Shown here: piece after piece, positions 1-11,917 of the stretch
How positions within the stretch are numbered: the stretch's first letter is position 1
Layout of the letters: each line of letters opens with the position of its first letter
NCBI RefSeq assembly: GCF_025526975.1
Contig: NW_026515674.1
Span: forward strand, 1 to 64,000
DNA from: Fimicolochytrium jonesii
Lineage: Eukaryota
Length of the DNA stretch: 64,000 nucleotides
Direction of reading: 5' to 3'
Notes under the pieces: model-generated
What the model saw: the letters and a program-made list of their open reading frames with translations, nothing else
Told to the model about the DNA's origin: nothing
Database searches by the model: none
Program-made: the position numbers and the translations under genes

Positions 1-183
1 TAAAGAAGCATCCCCTCTCTTCACTTTATCTTCTTCAATACACTACTTTCTATTGCACTTCTCTCGCCACACTACTGTCTTCTACATCACAACACTGCCC
101 TTTGGGCAGCTAAGTCCCTCAGTCATCGGCGAACCAGTCTTAGTGACCTCTCAGATACACCTATATCAGCTAAGGTTTCAATA
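1..183 (+). repeat. 3' part of Copia-family LTR (same family as 4204-4780), cut by window start
   Basis: Near-identical to 4598-4780; ends in the same ...GCTAAGGTTTCAATA terminus and is followed directly by Gypsy remnant sequence. Confidence 0.85.
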
Positions 184-189
184 CTTCCT

Positions 190-1095
190 ACTTACTGGTT
201 TGGTAACCAGGGTGTGTTCAACTTCCTCTGCACGAAAGCGTAGAACAGGAATCTCATCATCTATGTGCTTGAAACAGACGTCGTCAAGCATATAGATCCA
301 TGGTCATTGGAGGATAACATCTACCCGCAGAGGAGCAACCGCAAATGGAAGTTTTCCTCGCAAATAGTGTCGTTGGTCTCCCCATGATTGTAGATCGCCA
401 CAAAATAACTTGTTGGCGCTGAATGTATGGCCGTCGTCGCCCCAGGCAACATCAATGGGCATTTTAGGGTTATAGGTTTGGAAACCATGTTTTGACACCC
501 ATCCCTGACGTACCATCAGTGTTGTGCATCCTGTATCAATCAGAATGCGACAAGACTTCCCATTCAACTTGCCATGAACCACAAATGCACAGCGTGCGAT
601 CAACGCATCCGGCTGCGATTGCAGTGCCTCAGGGCTAGTCGTATCGGTTTCAGTGTCGTCTGGCGGGCACAGGCGTGCCCCCGCAGCAGACGCACTGCTA
701 CAATCAACCAGTATACCATCAGCGGACTCAGGGCGTATAGCCTCAACTTCCTCTTCAATGGACACCATTGCACAATGAGACAAATAAACGGTGTCTTTAT
801 TAAACTTCTCTACTGAAAACCCTTCTTCTGACCGGCATTCCAACGTGGCCTATCCTTAGCCTCATCGGAAATCTTATCCTTCTTCCTTTTAGGGCAATCT
901 CGCGCACAATGACCCATCTTTCCACAATCGAAACACTTCATGTTCGAATGCGTAAGGTTTAGCAGCTTCCGCATTCTTAGCTTTCCCCCCCTTCTTGCCC
1001 GCAGTACCCGCGGCAGAAGAGACATTAGCACGTTTAGGCGCACTAGGGGCTTCAGGAGTTGCAGTAGACGTTGTCCTGGACGTCCTGAAGGCTAT
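190..1095 (-). mobile_element. Degenerate Ty3/Gypsy gag (CCHC knuckle) and aspartic protease remnant
   Basis: ORF 810-1043 has CFDCGKMGHCARDC; ORF 304-843 has the retropepsin motif RILIDTGCTTLMV preceded by VHGKLNG; the two are in different frames. Confidence 0.75.
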
Positions 1096-1129
1096 ATTAA
1101 TCGTCTAGAATGATTGTATCGACTAGGAA

Positions 1130-1409
1130 GCTCGTTTTGCTCGAAAAAAGTGGTGCTACCATGTGATGTGGACTACCTTCCACACGGGTTGTATAACTGA
1201 TGTTTGTATAGGATAACTCCTTTGCTGTAAGGTATTGTAGACGGACTGGATGTTCGCCGGCGCTGCTATTTGGTATGTAGTAAAAGAACTACTTGTTGTG
1301 AATAGGAACGCGCGACGTGCAGTGTTAAAGTACCCATGAGACTGGAGTCCACTGGAGAACACTCTCGAGACGCCTCGTTCTCCAATAAGACCGGGCAACT
1401 CACATTACA
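1130..1409 (-). repeat. Minus-strand LTR copy 1 (probably Gypsy), preceded by a polypurine tract
   Basis: Minus strand reads GGGGAAGGGG (1419-1410) then TGTAATGTGAG; homologous to 8432-8794. Confidence 0.7.
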
Positions 1410-1464
1410 CCCCTTCCCCAGATTCTACGATGCAAACCTACTCCAGCAAGCTCAAGCAATGTAG

Positions 1465-3327
1465 AATATGAAGGTGTCCGGGATCGCACCCAGCGCAATC
1501 CTGAAGCGCCGTTGCGGCAAGAACACTCAAAAGGAATACCTAGTCAAGTGGGTTGGTTTTGCTACCCTACCTGGCAACCACCCTCTGATCTCATTAAGAC
1601 TGAAGCGTTGGACATCTGGGAGACCCGTCCCAAGGCTTTACATGCCAGCACCATTGAGGACTACTCGTGCGCCTTCAACGCACGTACCGACGACACCCCT
1701 CAATCCGTCACCATGACCTGGCGGCAAGCGATGGCATCCCCGCAATCAGCCGCCTTCAAGCTCGCTGCTGATAAGAGTTCCAAGCTCTCGTCGATAACGG
1801 TACTTGGGAGCTCGTACCCCGTCCGCGCGATCAGCGCGTACTCGGTAGTACTTGGGTACTTTGTCAAATCTTCACTCCGGACGGTACTTTCAAGAAATTC
1901 AAGGGGCGCGGCGTCGTTCAAGGCTCTCGTCAAACCAAGGGCATTGACTATAAGGACACCTACGCACAAACCCTACCCATGTCAGTTCTTCGCCTTTCCC
2001 TCGCCATTGCCATCTCTCTCGGTATGGAGATTCATCAACTTGATGCACCCAACGCATTCTTATGCAGTACATCGACGGACCCGTCTATGTTGAACAATTT
2101 CAAGGCTACAAAGATCCGCACAAACCGCACGGAGACTGGGTCTATCTCCTTCGCAAGGCTCCCTACGGTCTGAAGCATTCTCCACTTCTCTGGTACCGCA
2201 CCCTTCGCAAAACCTTCGGTTCTCTCGGCTTTACCCCGCTGGACAACTGCCCACGCGTCTTCTATCGCTATGCGACAACGACGCGCACTCTGGACACCCT
2301 CCAGATGCTCCTTATCTATGTGGACGACTTCGTTGCCTGCTGCTTTCCCGTACATGCCAAGCAAGTGAAACGTGAACTATGTTCTCATTACAACTGTATG
2401 GATATGGGTCCCATCAAGAACTGCCCTGGTCTAGTCTTCGACTACCAGCTTTCGCCGTCAGGGAATTGCCTCAGAATCAGCAATGTTACCTATATCGACG
2501 GTTTACTCGAACGATTTGGACAACAAAACGCTACCCCGGTCTCTCCGCCGTGCGGCGTCTTGGCGCGTACAAAACCCGCCTCTGCACGTCCCCCTTTTCC
2601 TAACAAGCTTCTCTACCAGGAAGCAGTGAGGGCCCTCACGTGGGCATCCATTACCTGGCGCTGGGATATTTCAACTGCCGTCGGCTTCATAGCCCATCAG
2701 GTCTCAGCTCCTACCCAAGCTGACTGGAAGGATGTACTTCGCATCATGCGCTACCTTAAAGGCACCCGCACCTTTGCGCTTACCTACCAGTCCGGTCATT
2801 CAGATCAGGTTGGACTTCGCGTCTATACCGACGCATCATACGCAGACGATGTCAAGGACCGCAAATCTACGGTGGGCATCGCCACCTTCTTCAACGGCCA
2901 GCTTATCTACTGGAAAAGCACCGAACAGAAGTGCGTAGCTCTCAGCTCCATGGAAGCTGAGTATATTGCCGCATCCCCCGGGTACAACGAGGCCTACTGG
3001 CTCCGCTCCATTCTGGCGGAGGTCTTCGGCAACGAATACGGCAACATCAAGGAACCCATGCCCATCCACATCGACAATCAGAGCACCCGCGAGATTGCCA
3101 ACTCCACGGCTATTACTCGACGCTCCAAACACATGGACGTATGCTACCACAAGCTACGCAACGGCGTGGCGAAGAAGGACGTCATACTCCTCGACACCAC
3201 GACGCAGCAACAACTGGCTGATTTCACGAAGCCTTTTCCTCCCGAGAAACATACGAGATTTATTCAAGCAATTCAAGAAGGACGTGTCGCTAGCAATAGA
3301 CAGCCGGCGACGACTACGTCTGAATAA
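1465..3327 (+). mobile_element. Degenerate Ty1/Copia pol fragment: chromodomain-like segment, RT and RNase H
   Basis: AILKRR..KEYLVKWVGF..PTWQPPSDL chromo-like segment; Copia RT/RH motifs TWRQAM, KAPYGLKHSPLLWY, LIYVDD, YTDASYADDVKDRKST, ALSSMEAEYIA, IDNQS, RSKHMDVCYH; several frameshifts. Confidence 0.9.
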
Positions 3328-4203
3328 GACATACGAAACACCCATACCGGGACAGCTTCTGGGCCCTATATACAACTTTGGCACCTTAACCCGCCACCGT
3401 GATAGCTACCGTGATAGCCACCGCTGCCCCGGCACCGAGGGCTCCACCGGCTCCAGCTCCGCCTCCACCAGGCGGACCCCCTGGACCACTTCCCCCACCG
3501 TTTCCGTCACCATGATCATCATCACTCAAAGACGAATCATCCATGTGGTTTCTCAAGTACTGGAGTCACTTCATCAACTTGTCTCGCTTGTGTCTCTCGG
3601 CTGCCTCACTGCGGCGCGTTGCCTCCTTCATTTTCTCCTTTGATATGCCCCCTGTTCCTATGTACCGCGACTCCGAGACTGCCTTACACCCAAGGTAGTC
3701 TGCCTCCTCCATCAATGCCTCAAACGACCCCTTCTTTCTCTTCGATTGCTGCAGCCTCGCATGGGTAGCCGCCAGGTGTTTCGCGAGGTTCTCATGGTTA
3801 TCTTGCCGATACCAAAACGTCGCCACCTCTGTCGCCAGTCAAAGAGCTTCTCTCACACGGGATTTTGACATCGAGGAGTCACTTGCAGTCGCTGCAGAAG
3901 ATGCGCGCGTTGAGCGCATAGTCGGTCGTGAGGGTCCCGGTGGAGGTACAGCTGGAGGGACTGCCGGCGTCACCGTCTTACGGGGCCGTTTGTTTCTTCT
4001 TGCCATCGCCGCTCTTCTTTACGTTCCTGTCTTTTTTGCCTCTGTTTGCCATCATTTTGCGTATCAAGTGGTGGTCTGGCATACTGTAGTTGAGTATGGG
4101 AACGTTGGTCTTACCTCTCTGGGGCGACTGACAGCTGTTTCTTGTTTCATACTCGCGGCGTTTCCCTCTTCTTTCATTTCCTTTCATTTTAGTCATAGCT
4201 ATT

Positions 4204-4780
4204 TATTGAGATAGCACGAAGATGCGGCACTTAAAAGGCTCTGCAAGACTTAGGACGCGTCTTGGAAGGCTCTGAAGATGTCTGGACCAGTTCGCAGACA
4301 TCCAGGCGTCAGCACTGCGCTTTCATGATGTTCTTAGAGCTGATGGCGGTGAGTAGTGCCCGTATGGAGCTCTGATCGGGTTGTTTTAGCTAGATTGGGT
4401 TTTAGTTAACTTGTGGAAGCCTGTAGCACCTTCCGCGGGCTCCGCGGACTTGGCAGACGTCCATGGGGGCATCAGCAGGCTGCACAGACTTGGCGAAACC
4501 TTACCAACCTTAACTGCGGCACTCAGAGACGCCTTGGGCGTTCTGAGGAGGTCTCAGAGGGTGCTTTGGACGCCCCAGCACATAGCTAAATCCCCAATAA
4601 AGAAGCATCCTCTCTCTTCACTTTATCTTCTTCAATACACTACTTTCTATCGCACTACTCTCGCCACACTACTGTCTTCTACATCACAACACTGCCCTTT
4701 GGGCAGCTACGTCCCTCAGTCATCGGCGAACCAGTCTTAGTGACCTCTCAGATACACCTATATCAGCTAAGGTTTCAATA
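4204..4780 (+). repeat. Copia LTR (about 577 bp) with TATTGAGA...TTTCAATA termini
   Basis: 7/8-bp terminal inverted repeat; 3' part repeated at 1-183 and about 4845-5008. Confidence 0.75.
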
Positions 4781-5008
4781 GGCTCTGCAAGACTTAGGTG
4801 GAACAGATTCCTACAAAAGGCAGACCTGTTGCCCATCCCCTCCCCTCACTTTATCCTCTTCAATACGCAGCTTTCCATCGCACTACTCTAGCGACAGGAC
4901 TGTCTTCTACATCACAACACCGCCCTTTGGGCAGCTACGTCCCTCAGTCATCGGCGAACCAGTCTTAGTGACCTCTCAGGTACACCTATATCAGCTAAGG
5001 TTTCAATA
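4781..5008 (+). repeat. Second, variant and 5'-truncated LTR copy in tandem, abutting the PBS
   Basis: Starts GGCTCTGCAAGACTTAGG (also at about 4237-4254), has a divergent middle, and shares the 3' end ...AAGGTTTCAATA. Confidence 0.75.
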
Positions 5009-5020
5009 GGTTATGAGCCC
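5009..5020 (+). promoter_or_regulatory. Copia primer-binding site GGTTATGAGCCC (half-tRNA-iMet type)
   Basis: Lies immediately after the LTR end; matches the GGTTATGRGCCC motif of Copia elements primed from the tRNA-iMet anticodon stem. Confidence 0.8.
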
Positions 5021-5271
5021 TGAGCTTTATCATCACTAAAACCGTCTTCGCCAATCCCAGTCCAGACGTTCCCAACCCCCCTACGGACGCTTCCTATGCC
5101 CTACTCTCAACTTATCCCTCCAAAATCACCAGTTTCCAACCGAAAAAACACGCCAAAGTGCTCAACTCGACAAGATACGCACTACTTGACACCCAAAACG
5201 CGTCCAACAATACAGCATCATCCAAAACGCGTCCACACACCAGAAACAGACGACTTTAGCTCGAACACGCA

Positions 5272-8200
5272 ATGGCTGGAGACTCAGAGACTTCGAAACT
5301 TATGGTGGATAAGTTCACAGGGGAGAACTACCATCTATGGAAGTTTAGGATGATGATGATGTTGAAGGCAAAGGGACTTTGGGTGGCAGTGGAAGCTGGG
5401 AAGAAGGAGAAGGAAGGAGCTAGGGCTACAGCAAGCTCGTCGCAGGGAAAGGGGGCTGAAGGGGAGGAGGAGGAGTTGATGGAGAGGAAGGACGAGAGGG
5501 CTTTGGCATACATCTGCCTCAGTCTGAACGACACGCAGCTTATGCATGTGCATACAGCTCAGACGGCTTGGGAAGCCTGGTCTAAGCTAGCCGAGGTGCA
5601 CGAACGAAAGGGGCTCGCCAGCAAGCTCTTCCTACGTCGAAAGTTCCTTACCATCACTATGAACGAGTCTGACTCGATCACAAACCACATCAACGAAGTC
5701 AGACAGCTCGCACAACAGCTGGAGGCTATCGGCGCACCAGTACCCGAAGACGATATCATGACAACCTTGATATACAGCTTACCAAACAGCTACAAACAAG
5801 TCGTCACGAGCCTCTAAAGCAGGGCGGACGACTTAGACATGGAGTCTTGACGGCCAGACTTCTGAATGAAGAAGCTAGGCGCAAGGAGAACTCAAAACCA
5901 GTCAGATCGACTGGAAACGCCTTCGTTGGGGACGGAGGACACCAGCAGGAGGCTGGGGGTTCAGCCAGGTTCGCCAGGAAGAAGGGAAAGTGCCATCACT
6001 ATGGTATTGAAGGGCACTGGAAGAACGAGTGCAAGAAGCTCAAACGAGAGCTAGCTCAAGCCAACAATGCGAATCAAGCCAAACCACACCAGGCCAGCCA
6101 GGGAACCGGGTTCCTCTTCATGGCAACTATGAAACGCACGGAAATCAGCCCAGAGTGCTGAATTATCGATTCAGGAGCCTCTCACACATGACACACGTCA
6201 GGGAATGGCTCCAGGACTACAAGACGCTGGAAACTGAGATCCAGGTCCAGCTAGCTGATGACCGATCCGTCCTAGCCATCGGAACAGGCTCCATCTCGAT
6301 TAGAACACAAGGGGAGCACGCTGGCACCCTTCGAAACGTCTGGTTTGTTCCCAAACTGGAAAAGAACCTCATCTCAGTAGCCCAGCTGACTGAGAACGGA
6401 GCACAAGTCGAGTTTTCGAGTGCATAATGCACAATCAAGACCAGGGACGGCGCCTTCAGAGCTCTCAAGGACAACGGCCTGTACACCATGTCAGCCCAGG
6501 CTTCCCTGAACACGCCTACTCAGCAGGAGCACTTCGTAGCACACCCTTCCATATCTGGCATCAGAGACTCGGTCATGTGAATGCCCAAGACGTCCAGAAG
6601 CTCACCAACGGCTACCAACGTGATATCACAGTCACTGGACATCCTGATGGTCACATCTGCGAAGTCTGCACGCTCTCCCAGCAGTCCGAAGCTCCCTTCC
6701 CGAAGAAACAAGCTACCCAAGCCACAGATATCCTGGCACTCGTCCACACTGACCTCTGTGGCCCCATGAGGACATCTACCTTTGGGGGATGTCCTTACTT
6801 CGCATCATGGATTGATGACAAGTCCAGAATTGTCTGGGTCAAGCTCCTACGCAAGAAAAGCGATACTTTTGATGCATGGGAGGAATACAAGGCACTTATG
6901 CAGAAACAGACTGGGAAATCCATCAAAGTCCTCAGATCAGACAAAGGAGGCGAATACGAATCCCTCCAGTTTGCCCTCGCACTCAGAAAGGCTGGAATCC
7001 AACATCAGCGCGCTGCTACCGACACCCCAGAGCAGAACGGAGTAGCGGAACGTATGAATCGAACTCTAGTCGAAATGGCACGCTGCCTACTCACCCAGGC
7101 TGGTCTTGGACACGAGTACTGGGGAGAAGCGCTGCAGCTGTCCACATTAGAAATCGCTGCCCTACGGTTGCCCTAGCCAACTCCAAGACGCGATACAAAG
7201 CCTTCTTCAGTCGCAAACCCATCCTCCTTCATCTCAGAGTGTTTGGATGCATAGCCTATGCTATGGTACTCAAGAAAAACCGAGGAAAACTGGACAACAA
7301 AGCCAAGAAGTGCCTCTTTCTCGGCTATAGCTCTTCCAGCAAAGCCTGGAGGCTCCAGTCACTCGAACCCGATGATCAGGGCGCCATTATCGAATCAAGA
7401 GACGTCCAGTTCAATGAAAACAAGTTCTACAACAGCCTGGACAACGAAGATACCATGAAGACACGTCAGATCGCTCCTATGACAGCTTAGCTAGCTTTGA
7501 ATTCGATCCTGAGCCTGACAACATTGTTTCACACGCACCCAAGCCCACAGACACCACCAAATTACGCCCGCACGCTGCAGGGGGGGATTCTGACCTCCCT
7601 GACTCATCTCCCAACCCACAACCTGACACTGATCAATGGGCAGAGGCCACAGACGACCTAGACAACCAGGAAGACCAGGAAGATGACGACTTGGTGCACT
7701 ACGGACGCATCACACGCTCCCAGAGCACTCCAGTACGCCAAAGCAACCTAGCCTATGCCCTGGCTACCGAAGTACTGCACACAGAGCCCAAAACCCTCAA
7801 GCAAGCTCTAAACTCCAATGACTCAGCCAAGTGGAAGGAAGCCATGGATGCTGACTACGCATCCCTCGTCAAGAACGGCACCTGGGAGCTCTGTCCAGCA
7901 CCCAAAGATCGCAACCTTGTCGGATGCAAGTGGATTTACAAGATCAAGACGAATGCTGATGGCAGTATCGAACGCTACAAGGCCAGACTAGTCGCCCAAG
8001 GCTTCTCACAAGAAGAGGGAGTTGACTACAACGAAACATTCGCACCAGTGGCCAAGTTAGACGCCATTCGGCTACTCCTGTCATGGGGAGCAGCTCAGGA
8101 CCTCGAAATGGATCAAATGGACGTATCCACCACATTCCTGAACCCGACACTCAGTGAGGAGATCTATATGAAGCAGCCACCGGGCTACATCAAGCGAGGA

Positions 8201-8366
8201 GAAGAGCATCTCGTGCTTAAACTCAAGATGGTCTTAAGCAAGGCCCCAGGGAATGGAACATCGAAATCCACGGAACTCTCGTTGAGGAAGGCTTCCCACA
8301 TCTCAATTCAGACCGTTGCGTCTATATCAGATTCTTTGAGGGCTGGCTACCCATCCTGATCCTCTA
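5272..8366 (+). mobile_element. Degenerate Tnt1-like Ty1/Copia gag-pol (gag, protease, integrase, 5' part of RT), 3'-truncated
   Basis: KFTGENYHLWKFRM gag; degenerate CCHC; IIDSGASHM protease; WHQRLGH, VHTDLCGP, LRSDKGGEY and PEQNGVAERMNRTL integrase; KARLVAQGFSQ RT; many stops and frameshifts. Confidence 0.93.
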
Positions 8367-8431
8367 GGTGGGCGATTGCTACGTCTGCAATTTCGAGATG
8401 CTGAAGTTGCCAACGTGTTTATCCACTATGA

Positions 8432-8794
8432 ACCTCATTTTGCTCGAAACGAGTGGTGCTAACATGTGACGTGGACTACCTTCCACACGGGTGGTATAAA
8501 TGATATTCATATACAATAACTACTTTGCTGTAAGGTATTGTAGACAGACTGGGTGTTCGCCAGCTCTGCTATGCGATATGTAGTAGAAGAACCACTTGTT
8601 GTGCATAGGAACGCGCGACGAGCACTGTTAAAGTACCCATGAGCTTGGAGTCCACTGGAGAACACTGTCTGGAAAGACCTTTCCTTAGACAGCAAAAGGT
8701 CTTTCACTGACCTCGGGAACATGTTTCACTTAAACAGCGATACATGTTCCGCTGACGCGTCGTTCTCCAATAAGACCGGACACTCCACATTACA
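8432..8794 (-). repeat. Minus-strand LTR copy 2 (same family as 1130-1409), with an internal insertion of about 80 bp
   Basis: Aligns with 1130-1409; begins TGTAATGTGGAG on the minus strand. Confidence 0.7.
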
Positions 8795-9019
8795 GCTGAC
8801 AATAGCGACGTAAACTACATCACGTCACGCGCGGCGACGCAAGAACCAACCTTCCACACATCACACACAACTGCGGCTTAGGGACGCCTTGGCCTCAAAC
8901 AAACACACATCACACAATGAGTCAACATTATAAAATGAACATGAGCTCTCCCTTTCTTTACATATCCCTCATAGTTCACCTCTTATTCATTCGGCGCCCT
9001 CCTCAGGATCTGAGGGAGG

Positions 9020-9130
9020 TGTCGGGGATATCTCATATTCACTTATACTTCATATTATACTTCTTTGCTTCTACGTGATCCAAGACCTGGGCTCTCAGTG
9101 ATACATCCGAGCTCTCAGTGATATATTACA
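9020..9130 (+). repeat. Possible short LTR (TG...CA) preceded by polypurine tract TGAGGGAGG
   Basis: PPT-like tract followed by TGTCGGGG...ATTACA; internal GCTCTCAGTGATA duplication; no second copy in the window. Confidence 0.3.
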
Positions 9131-9315
9131 TAAGGCGCCAAGCCTCACAGAAGCCACGCAAGCCCCACTGGCAGCCCATATATAAAGCTGTCAGTCGTGC
9201 GGCTGCTGCGAGAAGCTTCTCACTTTTTTTCTTCACACCAATACACTGTTCTCAGCCCTCTCAGAAGGGTCCAATATCGTCTACGTTTCCTCTGACGTTA
9301 CAAGCCACCAGTCCC

Positions 9316-9786
9316 CTATTCCTGCTCGTCTTTTTCATCGTCATCATCAAGTTGAGGAAACTGGACAGCTTGCTGTATAATGTTGGGCAATGGTGCAAGA
9401 ATCACAGGTTGTCTGTCCCATCTTCTCAGCCGACCCATTACGTCACGCACCTCCCAGTGCTCTGCTGATGCGTGTACCGACACTTGCTTTTTATTATTGG
9501 TCTTGAAAATAACAACGCCGTTACAGGTAATGGTATGAGAACCAATCCAGGTGATGAAGAAGGAACCGCCGAAGTTGTTGTGTGCCACGTTATCCTCATC
9601 GAGCAGAAATGTGTTGGGTGGAACTGGAATCTGTTGACCTTGGAAGTTCGCAAACCAGAGACGCGCCACGTGAGGACTAAGTTTTTCAATGCGGATCTTG
9701 AATTCTGGGAACTCGTAGGAATAAGTGTTCCCGTTACGAAACGAAATAGAGCCGCGTGAATTCACTAGACAGAGAAAAGTAGCCAT
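9316..9786 (-). CDS. Intronless hypothetical protein (about 156 aa, beta-rich, acidic tail)
   Basis: Protein-like open frame MATFLCLVNSRG...DDDDEKDEQE; AT-rich ACAACAATG start context. Confidence 0.5.
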   Translation of the reverse strand: MATFLCLVNSRGSISFRNGNTYSYEFPEFKIRIEKLSPHVARLWFANFQGQQIPVPPNTFLLDEDNVAHNNFGGSFFITWIGSHTITCNGVVIFKTNNKKQVSVHASAEHWEVRDVMGRLRRWDRQPVILAPLPNIIQQAVQFPQLDDDDEKDEQE

Positions 9787-10573
9787 TGTTGTTAAATAAT
9801 ATATATGCAAATAAAACAGCCGACAAACCGTACTGTATTGAAAAAGGCTTAGGCACGACGGGGGTGTGCGGTAGCAACGATGGGAGCGAGGGGCTGGTCT
9901 GGGGACGACTACAGGACGGGCGATGGCGCTGAACGGCGGAGAAGAAGTTGCGGAAGAAGGAGCTTCTCAGCCTCTCAGGGCAACCAACCCTGCACAGCCA
10001 CCCGGACTCTCCGGACTTACAGGAGCTTGCGCGCTCAGCAGGCTGTCGCCGTTCAACCCAGCTTCTCTCAACGTCACCATTGCAGACATTATTGTCACGG
10101 AATTCAACACCAGACACATACAACACCTCCGCCGGCCACAGCAGCCTTCCCAAGTGGCTGGACTTCGGCTCCCCACTCTCCTTTTCGCTTTTGAGCTACT
10201 GTGGACTTGGGAATCAGCACGCAAAGGTATGGTCATGGCTGTCCCGCGCCCATTCCAACACCCCATCTTCGGCATCCTCGTTCCTTGACGGTGGCCTGCA
10301 TGTACAGCGGAGCTGGGAGTATGTTACAGAGCAAGACTGACTCTTCCTTTCCCGCTAAATATTCACAGACAAAAACCCCCGCCGATGGGGTGCAAAGGGC
10401 GCGCCAGATTCAACTACCCTGCACGCTGGAGGAACGGAACACAGTACATTCCCGGTTGCATTGGTTGTGAGAGACACACCTGACTTTCGGCGAGTCTCAA
10501 AGGATGTTTACATGAGGATAATGGAATTCGGTTATTATCCAATGATGGGGGCTGGGGCATACGAGCCATATGC

Positions 10574-11083
10574 ATGCAAACCGTGCGTCGAAAATGGAGG
10601 ACGCTCGGTTGGATGACGAGTGGAGGAGTGCAGAGAGCTGATGGATCTGGGGCAGCGGAGGGGGTGGATGATGATGTTTACGTGCAGGTGGACGATATGG
10701 ACGTGGAGAACCCTTCCTTTGACGTTATCCAGGACCCCGACGAGGAGTTGAGGCTGATTGGTTTGGGTCAGTCTCCGCTCGTTGGGGATGAGGAATATGG
10801 ACGGAAGTTGATGCTCTTTGTGGAAAGGCCGTACAACGGGGAGCCCTTCGAGCCAGAGCAGGCGAAAGATGTCATTGAGTATATGGACACACAATGCGAT
10901 GGCCTGCTTACCGCAACGGCAAAACAGCTCCACAAGCCGTTGGAATGCTTGCGGATCCGAGATAAAGCTGCAATCATCTTCATCGTTTGTTACAAAGCTG
11001 CGCTGATTGATCCAAAGGTACGTCCTGGTGTCAGGCATCATCCAGATAGCTTAGTGTCCGCTGACACCATGAAGCGGGCTTAG
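10574..11083 (+). CDS. Hypothetical protein or gene remnant
   Basis: 169-aa ORF with globular-looking composition; no recognisable domain. Confidence 0.3.
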   Translation: MQTVRRKWRTLGWMTSGGVQRADGSGAAEGVDDDVYVQVDDMDVENPSFDVIQDPDEELRLIGLGQSPLVGDEEYGRKLMLFVERPYNGEPFEPEQAKDVIEYMDTQCDGLLTATAKQLHKPLECLRIRDKAAIIFIVCYKAALIDPKVRPGVRHHPDSLVSADTMKRA

Positions 11084-11332
11084 GAGATCAACACAAAGCA
11101 CATTTGTATATTGAAGCCATTCATATGGAGGCAAGATGCATACGCCTGTGTGAATGCGTCTACGCGGGATATATATGGATGAAATGAGGCCGTCTTGTTG
11201 ATTTCACGTACTGCGTGAGGAATGATTGAAAAACTATAGTAGTAGAGGGTCCCGGCGCTGTGGAGGCCCTAGGGAACTCGCCCAGGATATTGAGCGGCGT
11301 TCCGCTGCTGATGCAGTTACTTTCCCTAATTC

Positions 11333-11917
11333 TTATGCCGATCCCTCCAACCGCTTGGCGATTTGGAATGCAAAGTACGCGAGGGTGAACCTGAGGGATA
11401 AGACGAATGAGCATAGCACCCTTTCGCAGAACGGACCGGATCCATTTTTCGTTATCGCCCCACAACTGCAGCGACTCGCGCTCTAGCCACTCACCAAAAG
11501 GTCGCTATGGCACTGAAAATCAAGGCGCCAGCCAGAAACCAAAAGAGGACGAATCCTCCAAAGGCCAGGAAGCCCCCTTGGACCATGGCTACTCCCGTGC
11601 CGGCAACACCCAGCACCACAGCGCCGGTCGCTGCTCCGTATCCCGTGAAAACGGCGAGGGGAACAGCGGCAGCTCCTCCGAGAGTGTAGACGAAAGCCTG
11701 CAAGGCGAAGAACAAAGGGAATCAATACCGCGGTCTGAAAGAGGCAAGGGAAGTGATATATTGCACGTACCTTAATAGGCGGGTACCGGTCAAGGATCGC
11801 CTTAGACGTGGAGATAGCGGTAACAGCATAAGACTGGGCCGTGCTGATGAGTGGCATGACTTGCCCGGCGACGGACTGCACAAGGCTGCTCTGCTGGAGT
11901 TTTGCTTGGACGGCCAT
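11333..11917 (-). CDS. Promethin/LDAF1-like lipid-droplet membrane protein; exons 11917-11771, 11697-11495, 11390-11333
   Basis: GT-AG introns join the frames; RYPPIKAFVY followed by a long Gly/Ala-rich hydrophobic hairpin region, as in promethin. Confidence 0.65.
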
